64,000 nucleotides of DNA, from assembly GCA_037441285.1 (NCBI GenBank), contig JBBISL010000004.1, positions 32,001 to 96,000 of the forward strand, written 5' to 3'. This DNA is from a candidate division WOR-3 bacterium. Its GTDB lineage: Bacteria; Hydrothermota; Tepidihabitantia; Tepidihabitantales; Tepidihabitantaceae. Below, in pieces: positions 1 to 10,974 of this stretch (within the stretch, counting starts at the first letter, position 1; every line of letters starts with the position of its first letter). The position numbers and the translations under genes were made by a program. The notes under the pieces are model-generated. The model was given only the letters and a program-made list of their open reading frames with translations, did not search any database and had not been told where the DNA came from.

Positions 1-164
1 TCAACACTTACTTGCAGAAAATCATACTCCTGATAAGTAAAGTTTGCATAGTACACGACACCCGCCAGTTCGCTTGCAATCTGACGTTGAGGAAGGAATA
101 TTCGATTGTTGACCTCTTCTTCATTAAAAGCCCAGAATAAAATTAGCAGCCCAATAAGTGTCAA
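1..164 (-). CDS. 5' part of a hypothetical secreted protein (runs off window)
   Basis: Open frame from TTG at 164: MTLIGLLILFWAFNEEEVNNRIFLPQRQ..., hydrophobic N-terminus; promoter-like boxes 5 nt upstream. Confidence 0.5.
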   Translation of the reverse strand, partial: MTLIGLLILFWAFNEEEVNNRIFLPQRQIASELAGVVYYANFTYQEYDFLQVSV

Positions 165-169
165 AAGGC

Positions 170-197
170 ATTATCTTTTTATGCTACCATTTGTCAA
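170..197 (-). promoter_or_regulatory. sigma70-type promoter TTGACA-N16-GATAAT
   Basis: Read on minus strand; TTG start 5 nt downstream. Confidence 0.5.
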
Positions 198-208
198 GGA
201 GTTAAAAC

Positions 209-236
209 TTGCCCAACATCTTAATAAGGGTAAACT
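209..236 (+). promoter_or_regulatory. sigma70-type promoter TTGCCC-N16-TAAACT
   Basis: ATG 245 lies 8 nt downstream, no SD. Confidence 0.45.
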
Positions 237-244
237 TGTTTAGT

Positions 245-1210
245 ATGGATAGTGGAAAACCACGGGTGGTTTTCTCCGCCTGTTTGGGATTTGAGCACTG
301 CCGGTACAACGGAGAAATCATCAATGATGATTTTTGTGAGCGCCTAAAACATTATGTTGAACCGGTTCCGGTCTGTCCGGAGAAAGCAATTGGCCTCGGT
401 GTACCGCGTGAGCCAATCAAAATTGTCTATCAGAACGGCATCCCCCGACTTATTCAACCCGCTACCGGTAAGGACTTGACTGAATCGATGCAACGGTTCG
501 CTACTGAATTTCTCGGTCAACTGGATGTTGTGGATGGGTTTATTCTTAAATCACGTTCGCCCTCGTGTGGCACCCGTGATGTTAAATCCTACAACGCAGA
601 CGGCAATCTCAGACCATCGATTCACCGCCGGGGCATCTTTGGTGGCGCAACAATCGAGCGGTTTCCTGATAAACCGGTTGAGGACGAAGGCCGACTGAAA
701 AATTTCCTCATCCGGGAAAGCTTTCTGACCCGACTTTTCTCCCTATATCGGCTCCGATTATTGCGTTTAGCCCCGTCAATGGGCAATCTCGTGGAATTCC
801 ACACCACTCACAAACTTCTCTTGATGGCATACGACCAGAATTTGCTTCATCGTTTAGGACGCATCGTCGCGAACCCGGACCATCGACCGCTTCATGAACT
901 GCTCGATCAATACGAACAACTTTTATCCCACGCCCTTGCGCGACCACCCAAGTACACCAATGCGATCAATGTCCTGCTGCACACGCTCGGTTATTTTTCT
1001 CGTAATCTCAGTGCCGCCGAAAAGGGGTTTTTCCTCGACACCCTGGAAAGTTACCGCGCCGGCCGCCTGCCATTGAGTACCCCGGTCAGCATAATTCGCT
1101 CCTGGATTGTCCGCTTTAATCAACAGTACCTCGTCCGACAGTGGTTTTTCTTCCCCTATCCCGAAGACCTGCGCGACATCAGCGATTCGGGCAAAGGACG
1201 CGACCGATGA
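245..1210 (+). CDS. DUF523 (TudS thiouracil desulfidase) + DUF1722 fusion, YbgA/RudS-like
   Basis: SACLG..CRYNG, PVCPE..GLGVPR, KSRSPSCG, EDEGRL, FH..HKLLLMA, NVL.H..GYF, Q.FF.PYP motifs; start moved to ATG 245. Confidence 0.88.
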   Translation: MDSGKPRVVFSACLGFEHCRYNGEIINDDFCERLKHYVEPVPVCPEKAIGLGVPREPIKIVYQNGIPRLIQPATGKDLTESMQRFATEFLGQLDVVDGFILKSRSPSCGTRDVKSYNADGNLRPSIHRRGIFGGATIERFPDKPVEDEGRLKNFLIRESFLTRLFSLYRLRLLRLAPSMGNLVEFHTTHKLLLMAYDQNLLHRLGRIVANPDHRPLHELLDQYEQLLSHALARPPKYTNAINVLLHTLGYFSRNLSAAEKGFFLDTLESYRAGRLPLSTPVSIIRSWIVRFNQQYLVRQWFFFPYPEDLRDISDSGKGRDR

Positions 1211-2118
1211 CCATTCGTATCGGTTATCCCTGTATAAACCTATCCCTTAACTGCCGTAGTACGAAAACATTCCGTCTCCGCTCTTATTCTGAGGAAAGAT
1301 TCAAAACCACCGTAACAAGTAATCTCGCCTGTCTGGAAGAAACAGTTAAATGGAACATCGAGCACGACATCAAATTCTTCCGCATCAGTTCGGACCTCAT
1401 TCCATTCGCCTCTCATCCTATCTGCACATTCCCCTGGCAAAAGTTTTTTCGTCCTTACTTCCGTCGTTTGGGTTATTATATCCGCGAGCATCGTATCCGG
1501 GTCTCAATGCATCCTGACCAATTCGTTCTCCTCAACGCCCTTGATAAAAGAATTGTCGGCAACTCTATAAGGGAATTAATATATCATGCTCAAGTCCTTG
1601 ACCTCATGCAACTCCCGCCGGATGCTAAAATTCAGATTCATATCGGCGGTGTATACGGTAATAAAGAAAAAAGTATCCAACGATTCGCTCAACAGTTTCA
1701 GAAACTTCCGGCAAATGTCCGGCAGCGATTAGTTGTAGAAAATGATGACCGCTTGTATACCGTGAGCGATTGCCTGAAACTGCACTGTCTTATTAAAATT
1801 CCGGTGGTATTTGACTCTTTCCACCACGAGGTCAATCCCGACGGTACCGATATCAAAACTGCCTTATTGCGTTCCATGCGAACCTGGCGCCGTCGCGATG
1901 GCGTCCCAATCGTTGATTACTCTTCCCAGGAACCAAAAGCTCGTCTTGGCTCTCATGCCCATCACATTAACCAGAAGCATTTTCGCTCTTTCATCGAACA
2001 ACTTCCCAAACATGACTTCGACCTGATGCTGGAGATAAAAGACAAAGAAAAAAGCGCACTGGTGGCTTTGAAACTGTTAAAAAATTTGGTGTATCGGCAA
2101 TACGCTTTTATAGTTTGA
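1207..2118 (+). CDS. uvsE: UV DNA damage endonuclease
   Basis: RIGYPCIN, FRISSDLIPFASH, SMHPDQF, IHIGG, VENDD, FDSFHH, MLEIKDKE; ATGA overlap with upstream gene. Confidence 0.95.
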   Translation: MTIRIGYPCINLSLNCRSTKTFRLRSYSEERFKTTVTSNLACLEETVKWNIEHDIKFFRISSDLIPFASHPICTFPWQKFFRPYFRRLGYYIREHRIRVSMHPDQFVLLNALDKRIVGNSIRELIYHAQVLDLMQLPPDAKIQIHIGGVYGNKEKSIQRFAQQFQKLPANVRQRLVVENDDRLYTVSDCLKLHCLIKIPVVFDSFHHEVNPDGTDIKTALLRSMRTWRRRDGVPIVDYSSQEPKARLGSHAHHINQKHFRSFIEQLPKHDFDLMLEIKDKEKSALVALKLLKNLVYRQYAFIV

Positions 2119-2127
2119 TTGAAATAT

Positions 2128-2155
2128 TTGACTGCATTCAAACCAAGCATATAAT
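2128..2155 (+). promoter_or_regulatory. rnf operon promoter TTGACT-N16-TATAAT
   Basis: Near-consensus boxes 13 nt before rnfC ATG. Confidence 0.7.
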
Positions 2156-2168
2156 TACCACCAATCTT

Positions 2169-3473
2169 ATGGGTAAATTTCGTGGCGGAATTCATCACCG
2201 CGAGCATAAGGAAGCAACCGAATACAAACCGATTGAAGTTGCTCCTTTGCCCCAGCGGGTATCCATTCCTTTATCTCAGCACGCCGGTGCACCTTCGAAA
2301 CCGGTTGTAAAAATAGGCGATAAGGTCCGCACTGGAACTGTCATCGGCGAACCAAACGGCACGATTTCTGTCCCCACCCATTCATCAATCTCCGGCACCG
2401 TCTCGGAGATAAAAGAACTCCCCCATCCACTTACCGGTAGATTCACCACAACGGTCACCATCGACTCCAACCGTCAGGATACTCTCGACGAAAATATCAG
2501 ACAGCGTGATCTCAGCAATATCACCCCTGATGAAATAATTTCCGCAATTCGTAACGCCGGGATTGTCGGATTAGGGGGCGCGGCATTCCCGACTTTTTTT
2601 AAACTGTCTCTGCCCAAAGATAAACCCGTTGACACTCTAATCATCAACGGTTGTGAATGCGAACCATATTTGACCGCTGACCACCGTTTAATGGTCGAAA
2701 AACCGGCAGAGATTATTGAAGGGACCACCTTTATCGCGCGGGCATTGGGCGTAAAAAATGTCATTATCGCCATCGAAGACAACAAGCCTGATGCTATTGC
2801 CGCGATGAAGGAAGCTGCCAGCAAAACCAATTTTACCGTCCAGAGTCTTAAAACTAAATACCCCCAGGGTGCCGAAAAACAGTTAATAAAAGCCTGTTTG
2901 GGTCGCGAAGTTCCTTCCGGTGGACTACCGGCTGATGTCGGCTGTATTGTGCAAAATGTAGGTACTGCAGTAGCAGTGCGGGAGGCGGTCCGGTTCAATC
3001 GACCGCTTTATGAGAGAGTCGTAACTGTCACCGGTTCCGGGGTCTCGGAGCCCAAAAATCTTCTTGTTCGAATCGGAACCCCCGTTAAAGAGTTGATAAA
3101 TTTTTGCGGCGGTTACCGGGGAAAACCGGAAAAACTTATTATGGGTGGTCCGATGATGGGTATCACATTAGCATCGGATGAAGTTCCAGTGTTGAAAGGA
3201 ACATCCGGTATCCTTGTTTTCAACACCGCCGATTTGGCTGAAGAACAGGACTGTATCCGCTGTGGTCGTTGTATTGAAGCCTGCCCGATGGGCTTATCAC
3301 CCACTCGTTTAAACTACCACATCAAAGCCGGAAGACTCGCTCAGGCAAAAAACGAACACCTTCTCGACTGTATTGAATGTGGCTGTTGTGCCTTTGTTTG
3401 CCCGGCAAAGATTCGGCTCGTCCATAACTTTAAATACGGCAAAGCGGAACTCGCACGCACGAAAGGGAGATAA
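2169..3473 (+). CDS. rnfC: Rnf complex subunit C
   Basis: FRGGIH, GIVGLGGAAFPT, NGCECEPYLTADHRLM, KYPQGAEKQL, GGPMMG, two CxxCxxCxxxCP. Confidence 0.97.
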   Translation: MGKFRGGIHHREHKEATEYKPIEVAPLPQRVSIPLSQHAGAPSKPVVKIGDKVRTGTVIGEPNGTISVPTHSSISGTVSEIKELPHPLTGRFTTTVTIDSNRQDTLDENIRQRDLSNITPDEIISAIRNAGIVGLGGAAFPTFFKLSLPKDKPVDTLIINGCECEPYLTADHRLMVEKPAEIIEGTTFIARALGVKNVIIAIEDNKPDAIAAMKEAASKTNFTVQSLKTKYPQGAEKQLIKACLGREVPSGGLPADVGCIVQNVGTAVAVREAVRFNRPLYERVVTVTGSGVSEPKNLLVRIGTPVKELINFCGGYRGKPEKLIMGGPMMGITLASDEVPVLKGTSGILVFNTADLAEEQDCIRCGRCIEACPMGLSPTRLNYHIKAGRLAQAKNEHLLDCIECGCCAFVCPAKIRLVHNFKYGKAELARTKGR

Positions 3474-3475
3474 AA

Positions 3476-4531
3476 ATGGACAACGACGGAGCAACCCAAC
3501 TTATAGTCACATCGTCGCCCCACATCCGCTCGAACGTGACCGTAGCAAAGTTAATGTGGGCGGTTATTATCGCTTTGTTGCCGGCACTAGGCGGTTCAAT
3601 CTACTTCTTCGGTGTTAAAGCGCTCCTATTGATTGTCATCACCACCGCCGCGGCGATTTTATTTGATGCCCTGGGACAACTGATGTTCAGACGCAAGATT
3701 ACCATTGATGATGGTAGTGCCGCAATAACAGGTTTACTTCTTGCTTTTAATTTACCACCCAATGTCCCCTGGTGGCTACCGATTGTCGGTGCCGCTTTCG
3801 CCACCATTGTTGTTAAACAGTTTTTTGGGGGACTGGGCCACAACTTTATCAATCCAGCCCTCGCCGCACGCGCATTCCTCGTCGCTTCCTGGCCCACACA
3901 GATGACTTCTACCTGGCTTGCCCCGCATACCGGCAATGTATCAGGGCTTTCGCCCCAGGCGCTCACACTATGCACCGACGCAATAACCTCTGCAACACCA
4001 CTCAATGTCTTAAAACAGGGCGCCAAACTTCTTTTGCCCGGCTGCGACCCCCAACTACTCTATCAACACCTCCAGTCCTGGGATACAATTAAAAACCTCT
4101 TCTTTGGCAACATCGGGGGTTGTTTAGGAGAAACATCAGCCCTGTTATTGCTTATTGGGGGAATATTCCTGATTGCAACCAGAGTCATTGACTGGCGGAT
4201 ACCACTCTCTTATCTCCTCACCGTTGCCGCACTGGTCCTAATTTTGCCCGGACACAAAACTGCGGTTTTAAACTACACATTATTCCACCTCCTCTCGGGT
4301 GGACTTATACTCGGTGCCTTTTATATGGCAACTGACTATGTGACATCGCCGTTGACTCATAAAGGTCGGGTAATCTTTGGAATTGGTTGCGGAATTCTTA
4401 CCGTTGTTATTCGTCTCTGGGGCGGCTACCCAGAAGGGGTGTGTTATTCAATCATTTTGATGAATGTTGCCACACCGTTAATTGACCGACTCACTTTACC
4501 CCGGGTATTTGGCACAAGGAGAAAGAAATGA
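3476..4531 (+). CDS. rnfD: Rnf complex subunit D
   Basis: SSPHI, KQFFGGLGHNFINPAL, DAITSATPL (FMN-Thr), GETSA, MATDYVTSP, YPEGVCYSI. Confidence 0.97.
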   Translation: MDNDGATQLIVTSSPHIRSNVTVAKLMWAVIIALLPALGGSIYFFGVKALLLIVITTAAAILFDALGQLMFRRKITIDDGSAAITGLLLAFNLPPNVPWWLPIVGAAFATIVVKQFFGGLGHNFINPALAARAFLVASWPTQMTSTWLAPHTGNVSGLSPQALTLCTDAITSATPLNVLKQGAKLLLPGCDPQLLYQHLQSWDTIKNLFFGNIGGCLGETSALLLLIGGIFLIATRVIDWRIPLSYLLTVAALVLILPGHKTAVLNYTLFHLLSGGLILGAFYMATDYVTSPLTHKGRVIFGIGCGILTVVIRLWGGYPEGVCYSIILMNVATPLIDRLTLPRVFGTRRKK

Positions 4532-5079
4532 AAGAAAGTAAACTCTGGATGGTTCTTTCTCTATTTATAACCTGCTGTATTGCGGCTTTTGCCCTTTCCC
4601 AGGTTTATGCAATAACAAAGCCGAAAATCGATTACCAGCGACAAGTAGCAGGATTGCGCACCACACTCGGCGCGGTAATGCCCGAAGCGGACCGGTTTGA
4701 ACCGGCAAATTCCGACTCAACAGTCTGGTTTGCCTATGCTGGTGAACAGCGCATTGGCACCGTAATCCGAGCCGCAAAACAGGGTTATGGCGGGCTGGTG
4801 CCGGTTACCGCAGGAATCGACCTTGAAGGCAAAATCGTTGCCATCCGGGTCGCCGGCGCTGCCGAAGGATTAAAGGAAACACCAGGATTGGGACTTAAGG
4901 CAACTGAAGAAAAGTTCCGCGACCAATTCAAAGGCAAGACCTTATCCGAAGTTCGGCTGAAAAAAGACGGTGGTACCATTGAAGCGATAACCGGTGCAAC
5001 AATTACATCTCGGGCAGTAACGGACGCGATTAGGGAAGCGATGGAAAAATATCAGGATATTATTAAAAGCAATGAGTAG
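4528..5079 (+). CDS. rnfG: Rnf complex subunit G
   Basis: N-terminal TM, GYGG, ETPGLG, AITGATITS FMN-binding motif. Confidence 0.95.
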   Translation: MKESKLWMVLSLFITCCIAAFALSQVYAITKPKIDYQRQVAGLRTTLGAVMPEADRFEPANSDSTVWFAYAGEQRIGTVIRAAKQGYGGLVPVTAGIDLEGKIVAIRVAGAAEGLKETPGLGLKATEEKFRDQFKGKTLSEVRLKKDGGTIEAITGATITSRAVTDAIREAMEKYQDIIKSNE

Positions 5080-5689
5080 CAAGAAAGAATCCCGTCTTAC
5101 TTACCTAACATCAGGAATTATTAAGGAAAATCCGACACTTATCCTGATGATTGGGCTTTGTCCCACTCTTGCCACAACCGTCTCCGCCCGTGATGGCTTG
5201 GGAATGGGACTTGCCGCCTCATTTGTTCTCATTGGTTCAAATATCGTTGTTGCTGCGGTGCGGAAACTGGTACCCGATTCAGTGCGCATCCCGATTTTTA
5301 TTATCGTCATCTCAACCTTCGTTACAATTGTGGATTATCTTATGCAGGCTTATCAGCCCGGTTTGTACCGAGTGCTTGGTGTATTCGTTCCCTTAATTGT
5401 CGTAAACTGCATCATACTGGGCCGGGCTGAGGCATTCGCCTATAAACATGGCATCTTTGATTCATTTTTGGATGGACTTGGTAAATCAATTGGTTTCACG
5501 CTGGTTCTGTTTATCATGGGCACGATTCGAGAAATCGTTGGCAACGGCACCTTCTTCGGTCAACCGGTAACACCCACCTGGTACCGGACTGCACCGATGC
5601 TATTTGCCATTTTCCCACCCGGTGCCTTCTTATTAATTGGTTTGCTCAAGGCGCTCGTCAATAAAACAAGACTCGGGGGGAATAAATGA
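5072..5689 (+). CDS. rnfE: Rnf complex subunit E
   Basis: ENP..IGLCPTLA, VRIP, PLIVVNCIILGRAE, PPGAF. Confidence 0.96.
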   Translation: MSSKKESRLTYLTSGIIKENPTLILMIGLCPTLATTVSARDGLGMGLAASFVLIGSNIVVAAVRKLVPDSVRIPIFIIVISTFVTIVDYLMQAYQPGLYRVLGVFVPLIVVNCIILGRAEAFAYKHGIFDSFLDGLGKSIGFTLVLFIMGTIREIVGNGTFFGQPVTPTWYRTAPMLFAIFPPGAFLLIGLLKALVNKTRLGGNK

Positions 5690-6276
5690 CTCAAATGAAT
5701 CCCGCCAAAATCTTCCTCGCCGCCTTTTTGGTCAACAACATCATTCTGATGCGATTCATTGGCCTATGTCCCTTCTTTGGCGTATCAACATCGCTCAATA
5801 CCTCTGCGGGAATGAGTGCTGCGGTCCTGTTCGTAATGCTCCTTGCCGCCTGGGTTTCCTGGATTCTTTATCACGCCCTGCTAATCCCTCTGGGACTCGT
5901 ATTTCTTCGCACGGCAGTGTTTATTCTTGTAATTGCAGCACTGGTTCAGTTTGTTGAAATGTTCCTCAAGCGTTATATCCGCAACCTTTACTCAGCAATG
6001 GGTATCTATCTACCTTTAATCACCACCAACTGTGCCATCTTAGGCGTAACATTTCTTAATATCGATTACAAATTCAACATCCTTCAAGCAACAATCTTCG
6101 CCCTGGGTACCGCTTGCGGCTTCGCACTCGCCATCATCCTGTTTGCGGCGATTCGCGAGCGGCTCGAAGACGCGCCCATCTCGCCGGCATTTAAAGGTTA
6201 TCCCATCGCCTTCATTGGTGCCGCACTGGTATCGTTAGCTTTTATGGGCTTTACCGCTCTTTTCGGGATTTCGTAA
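5686..6276 (+). CDS. rnfA: Rnf complex subunit A
   Basis: NNIIL.RFIGLCPFFGVS, LVQFVEM, YLPLITTNCAILG. Confidence 0.96.
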   Translation: MTQMNPAKIFLAAFLVNNIILMRFIGLCPFFGVSTSLNTSAGMSAAVLFVMLLAAWVSWILYHALLIPLGLVFLRTAVFILVIAALVQFVEMFLKRYIRNLYSAMGIYLPLITTNCAILGVTFLNIDYKFNILQATIFALGTACGFALAIILFAAIRERLEDAPISPAFKGYPIAFIGAALVSLAFMGFTALFGIS

Positions 6277-7287
6277 ATGGACTGGCTTCTCATCTTCAAA
6301 TCGTTATTAGCCCTTGGCGGTCTTGGTCTGATTCTTGGGGTCATTCTCTTAATCGCCTCGCTCAAACTTACCGTCAAAGTTGACGAACGGGAAGCACAAA
6401 TTCGCTCCATTCTCCCCGGAGCTAACTGCGGCGCCTGTGGCTACCCGGGCTGTGATGGTTATGCCGCGGCAATTGTCGCAGGTAAAGCACCATTAAATGC
6501 CTGTTCGGTTGGTGGACCCACTGTCGCCTCAAAAATTGGTCAAATTATGGGACAGGAGGTAACAGCCACCGAACCGCAGGTTGCGGTGTTAATCTGCCGC
6601 GGAGGAAAAGAAGAAGCCCCACACCGATTTGAATACCGGGGTGCTGAAGACTGCCGGCAGGCAGCGCTCCTGCTTGGTGGACCGAAAGCCTGCATCTACG
6701 GCTGCGTTGGTTTGGGTCACTGTGTTAAAGTCTGCCCGGTCAACGCAATTAAAATGGGAGAGAACAAACTCCCGATTATTGATGAAAAAACCTGCATCGG
6801 CTGTGGAAAATGTGTCAAAGAGTGTCCCAAGGGAACATTGCGATTAATTCCGCGTTCTAAACTGGTCTACCTTGCCTGCGTGTCACACGACCGGGGCAAA
6901 GCGGTTAAAGATGTTTGCAAGGTTGGCTGTATCGCCTGCAGTTTATGTGTCAAAGTTTGCCCGGTTGGCGCCCTGAAAATGGAGAACAACCTGCCGGTTA
7001 TGGATTTTAGCAAATGCATCGACTGCGGCATCTGTGTCCACAAATGTCCGACCAAATCATTTATTGACCGGGCGCCCGGTCGACCAAAAGCCTCAATCAA
7101 CCCTCGTTGCAACGGCTGCGGTGAATGCGTCAAAGTGTGCCAGTTCAAAGCAATTGAAGGCGAACCCGGAAAACAGCACCGGGTTACTTCCGAAAAATGT
7201 ATTGGTTGCGGTCAGTGTGTCCTGGTCTGTCCGGTTAAAGCAATTGACCTGGTTGGTGCCCTCGGGCACGCAATGAAAACCGTCTGA
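6277..7287 (+). CDS. rnfB: Rnf complex subunit B (polyferredoxin type)
   Basis: LPGANCGACGYPGC plus six further ferredoxin-like Cys motifs. Confidence 0.95.
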   Translation: MDWLLIFKSLLALGGLGLILGVILLIASLKLTVKVDEREAQIRSILPGANCGACGYPGCDGYAAAIVAGKAPLNACSVGGPTVASKIGQIMGQEVTATEPQVAVLICRGGKEEAPHRFEYRGAEDCRQAALLLGGPKACIYGCVGLGHCVKVCPVNAIKMGENKLPIIDEKTCIGCGKCVKECPKGTLRLIPRSKLVYLACVSHDRGKAVKDVCKVGCIACSLCVKVCPVGALKMENNLPVMDFSKCIDCGICVHKCPTKSFIDRAPGRPKASINPRCNGCGECVKVCQFKAIEGEPGKQHRVTSEKCIGCGQCVLVCPVKAIDLVGALGHAMKTV

Positions 7288-7335
7288 CTTTTGCCTCTCT
7301 CATAATTCAAATTTACTATTCTCGTTGCCGTCTCC

Positions 7336-7363
7336 TTGACTGTTTTATTTTTACCGCTACTAT
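7336..7363 (+). promoter_or_regulatory. promoter TTGACT-N16-TACTAT
   Basis: GTG 7370 is 6 nt downstream. Confidence 0.65.
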
Positions 7364-7369
7364 CCAGTA

Positions 7370-8653
7370 GTGTCCAACCGATTTGCCCTCATCCTCCGCA
7401 ACAAAAATTTTCTTTTTTTAACCTTCGCCGGAGCGATGTCACAGTTAGGCGACCGCCTTTCCCATATGCTCCTAATCACGCTCATCGGTCTCACAACACC
7501 AGGAAAACTGCTCGCTTATTCGGGGGGCTCCCTCACATTCGTCATACCGACCTTAATCCTCTCGCCCATTGCCGGTGTCCTGGTTGACCACTGGGACAAA
7601 CGCAAAACCATTAGTCGAACCCATTTCCTCCAGACCGCACTACTGCTCTTAACCCCTTTTGCCATAAGACTCACCCACAGTTTCACCCCCTTCTGGATTG
7701 CATTAACCTTATTCTTTGGCCTTGACATCTTCAATAACACCGCCAATCCAGCGCTCTTGCCCAATGTGGTATCGTCTGATAAACTACTCCTTGCCAATTC
7801 GGTAAGCCTCGCTTTTGCCCGCATCGCCACCGTTCTCGGAATGGTGATTGGTGGATTTCTGATAAAATGGGTGGGCTGGAACAACGGAATATTTATCGAT
7901 GCCTCCTGTCATCTTATTGCCGGAATTTTAATACTTAACATCATCACTACCCAACAAACAAATGCCCTCTCCTCTCCCCCTATCGCAACTCGTCCTAACG
8001 AACCCGCACTGGTGCTGAATGCTCTAAAACAGTACTTTAACGACTTACTCGAACTCATCCGCCTGGTTTTGCACAATCGCATTGTCGCCTTTGTCCTCGC
8101 TTCCATTGTCATATCCACTTTTATCTCCGCAGTCTCTTACACAATTCTCATCTACATTGTGCAACAGGCTTTGCATATGGGACCAAGAGGGGTTGGTATC
8201 TTCGCCGGAATCTTGGCAGTTGGGATGATTGCCGGTGCCGCGGCGATGGGTCTTCTCCCTCAAAATATAAATCGACCTTTTATTATCGTCCTGATTACAT
8301 TCTTATATGGCTTGCTTTTTTTTATCGGTAACTGGCTTATCACGGTCTGGTTTATGATTATCGTTGCGCTCATTGCTGGCATCGCATTTTCCTGGTTAGG
8401 AATTGTGCAAAACACAATGTTACAGGAGGGAGTTGAGCCAACGATTCGGGGCCGGGTGTTCTCCACTCGCGAATTTGTCACCAATTGCACTTTTCTCATC
8501 ACCACACTTACCATTGGTATTCTCGGTGATTTCACATCTTACCGCACCGCGATTCTCGTAATCGGCATCGCTTTAATTGTTCTGGGAGGCGCTGGTTTTC
8601 TCTGGGTCCGGCACGGCCTGCGCCCGGACCGCAGATTAAACTCGGACAATTAG
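7370..8653 (+). CDS. MFS transporter (DHA3/H+ antiporter-like)
   Basis: About 12 [19 protein letters not shown] motif A, IRGRVFS. Confidence 0.88.
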   Translation: MSNRFALILRNKNFLFLTFAGAMSQLGDRLSHMLLITLIGLTTPGKLLAYSGGSLTFVIPTLILSPIAGVLVDHWDKRKTISRTHFLQTALLLLTPFAIRLTHSFTPFWIALTLFFGLDIFNNTANPALLPNVVSSDKLLLANSVSLAFARIATVLGMVIGGFLIKWVGWNNGIFIDASCHLIAGILILNIITTQQTNALSSPPIATRPNEPALVLNALKQYFNDLLELIRLVLHNRIVAFVLASIVISTFISAVSYTILIYIVQQALHMGPRGVGIFAGILAVGMIAGAAAMGLLPQNINRPFIIVLITFLYGLLFFIGNWLITVWFMIIVALIAGIAFSWLGIVQNTMLQEGVEPTIRGRVFSTREFVTNCTFLITTLTIGILGDFTSYRTAILVIGIALIVLGGAGFLWVRHGLRPDRRLNSDN

Positions 8654-9478
8654 ATTGTCAATCAATCTTGCTTTACCAAAATAGAGAGCCAGGGCTATAA
8701 GCACTTCACCTTTAATTACTTGTACAGGTTTCAAACAAGTTGTATCAACAATTTCCACATAATCAATTCTGCCCAACGAGGCGGTCTTGATTAATTGGCG
8801 CATAGCCTGTTTGACTTTACGGGCATCCCGTTCCCCGCATTTTATCATCCGCTCCGCATGCCCCAGTGCCTGGTAAAGCACCACCGCCTGCTGCCGCTCT
8901 TCAGGCGTTAAATAGCTGTTACGGGAACTCAACGCCAAACCGTCAGGCTCGCGCACCGTCGGTACAACGACAATCTCAATATCGAAATTTAAATCCCGCA
9001 CCATTCTCTTTATCACATATGCCTGCTGGGCATCTTTCTGACCAAACACCGCAAGGTGAGGCTTAACGATATTGAAAAGTTTGGCAACCACCGTTGTCAC
9101 ACCGCGAAAGTGGCCGGGCCGCGACCGACCGCACAGATACCGGGTTAAACCTTCCACCTCAACATAAGTAGAGTAGTTGTCCGGGTACATTTCTCGAACA
9201 TCTGGATAAAAAATTACATCAACGCCCATTTCTTGAAGCATTTTCCGGTCCCGGGCAAAGTCCCGCGGGTATCGCCGGTAATCTTCCTTTGGCCCAAACT
9301 GAATCGGATTGACAAAAATGGAGACAACGACCCAATCGCACCGCTGCTGCGCCACCCGTACCAGTTCCAGATGCCCCCGATGCAAAGCTCCCATCGTCGG
9401 TACAAAGCCTAATTTTCCCTTTTCCCGCAGTTGGGCGGCAAGCCGTTGCATCCCTTTTACCGTTTTAACGATTTTCAT
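8636..9478 (-). CDS. panC: Pantoate--beta-alanine ligase
   Basis: [50 protein letters not shown]. Confidence 0.97.
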   Translation of the reverse strand: MKIVKTVKGMQRLAAQLREKGKLGFVPTMGALHRGHLELVRVAQQRCDWVVVSIFVNPIQFGPKEDYRRYPRDFARDRKMLQEMGVDVIFYPDVREMYPDNYSTYVEVEGLTRYLCGRSRPGHFRGVTTVVAKLFNIVKPHLAVFGQKDAQQAYVIKRMVRDLNFDIEIVVVPTVREPDGLALSSRNSYLTPEERQQAVVLYQALGHAERMIKCGERDARKVKQAMRQLIKTASLGRIDYVEIVDTTCLKPVQVIKGEVLIALALYFGKARLIDNLIVRV

Positions 9479-10289
9479 CAGTGTAGAATGTGTGCTCCGG
9501 ACCGGGAAACTTTCCTTGGCGCACTTCATCAATATACGCCTGTACCGCCTGCTTCGTCAGCCGGGCGAGTTCGGCATAACGTTTTACGAACTTGAACGGC
9601 TCATCTTCAAACATCCCCAGCATATCCTGCAAGACCAGCACCTGACCATCACACTCCGGTCCCGCACCAATTCCAATCACCGGAATCTTTAACGCCTTTG
9701 TTACTTTTGCCCCTGCCTCAGCCGGAACCTTCTCAAGAATAAGGGCAAAACATCCTGCGGCTTCCAGCGCTTGAGCGTCGGCAAGCAATTTTTCTTGCTC
9801 CTCAGGTCGTCGGGCTTGAAGCCGGTAGCCACCCAATTTATGAACTGATTGCGGCGTAAGGCCAAGATGTCCCATCACCGGAATTCCGTAATCAACTAAA
9901 CGGCGCACCGTTTCCAGAACCGGACCTGAACCTTCAAGTTTTACCGCTTCGGCTCCGGCTTTGAGCAACCGCCCGGCATTCTCAATCGCCTGTTCCACTG
10001 ACACCTGATAAGATAAAAAAGGCATATCACTTACGACCAGGGCTCGTTTTACGCCACTTACAACAGCTCGAGTGTGATAGACCATTTCATCCATACCGAT
10101 CCCGAGAGTTGTCTTCATTCCGTAAACCACATTTGCCACCGAATCCCCGACCAGAATTATATCTACCCCCGCATCATCCAGAATTCGCGCAAATGGATAA
10201 TCGTAGGCGGTCAAACAGACTATCTTCTCGCCTCGAGTCTTTTTTCTAACCACCCGCAGAGTGGTAATTTTATCAATTGGGGTCACCAT
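9465..10289 (-). CDS. panB: 3-methyl-2-oxobutanoate hydroxymethyltransferase
   Basis: [43 protein letters not shown]. Confidence 0.97.
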   Translation of the reverse strand: MVTPIDKITTLRVVRKKTRGEKIVCLTAYDYPFARILDDAGVDIILVGDSVANVVYGMKTTLGIGMDEMVYHTRAVVSGVKRALVVSDMPFLSYQVSVEQAIENAGRLLKAGAEAVKLEGSGPVLETVRRLVDYGIPVMGHLGLTPQSVHKLGGYRLQARRPEEQEKLLADAQALEAAGCFALILEKVPAEAGAKVTKALKIPVIGIGAGPECDGQVLVLQDMLGMFEDEPFKFVKRYAELARLTKQAVQAYIDEVRQGKFPGPEHTFYTDENR

Positions 10290-10302
10290 TCATTTAGCTC
10301 CT

Positions 10303-10974
10303 TTACCCTTTTTGGCTCCGGGGCGAATAGAACTTTCTACCTCGGTCGTGTCCAACAATCGCCCGAAACAGCTCCTCGAAATCATCCTGATTGCCCACGA
10401 AATTTAGCCGGTCAGTGTTAACAATTAAAACCGGGGCATCTTCGTAATGAAGGAAAAATGAGTTGTAAAGATTGCTCAAATTGTTGAGATATTCGGGCTC
10501 GATGTTCGCCTCAAAACTCCGCCCCCTTTGCCGAATCCGTGCCAGCAGGACATCAACCCGGGCTTGCAGATAAACAACCAGGTCTGGCTTCGGGATATCA
10601 ACTTTTACCAAATCGTATATCCGGTAATAAAGCGCCAGTTCGGGTTCGCTCAGATTTAGTGTTGCAAAAATGCGGTCCTTATCAAAGAGGTAGTCGCTCA
10701 CCACCGCCGGCTCAGGAACCAGTTCTCCCTCAACCAGAATCATCCGGGTCTGAAATATCTCCCGCAACTGACGATGCCGGGAAAGTAAAAAAAACAGCTG
10801 GGTTTGAAATGCGTAACTGCGGATATCACGGTAGAATTTCTCCAAAAAAGGATTCTCTTCGACCACTTCCCGCACCAGACGCGCCGACAAACGCCGGGCC
10901 AGCAACTCTGCCAATGCCGTTTTTCCAACACCGATTGGTCCCTCAACCGCAATGTATCTCAATCGTTGTTCCAC
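10303..10974 (-). CDS. Deoxynucleoside kinase
   Basis: EGPIGVGKT P-loop, NPFLEKFY, FQTQLFFL, PDLVVYL, RGRSFE. Confidence 0.92.
   Translation of the reverse strand: MEQRLRYIAVEGPIGVGKTALAELLARRLSARLVREVVEENPFLEKFYRDIRSYAFQTQLFFLLSRHRQLREIFQTRMILVEGELVPEPAVVSDYLFDKDRIFATLNLSEPELALYYRIYDLVKVDIPKPDLVVYLQARVDVLLARIRQRGRSFEANIEPEYLNNLSNLYNSFFLHYEDAPVLIVNTDRLNFVGNQDDFEELFRAIVGHDRGRKFYSPRSQKG

Noticed and set aside
6277..7287. Extra ferredoxin repeats in RnfB as a novelty
   Set aside because: Polyferredoxin RnfB is already known, e.g. in Acetobacterium woodii
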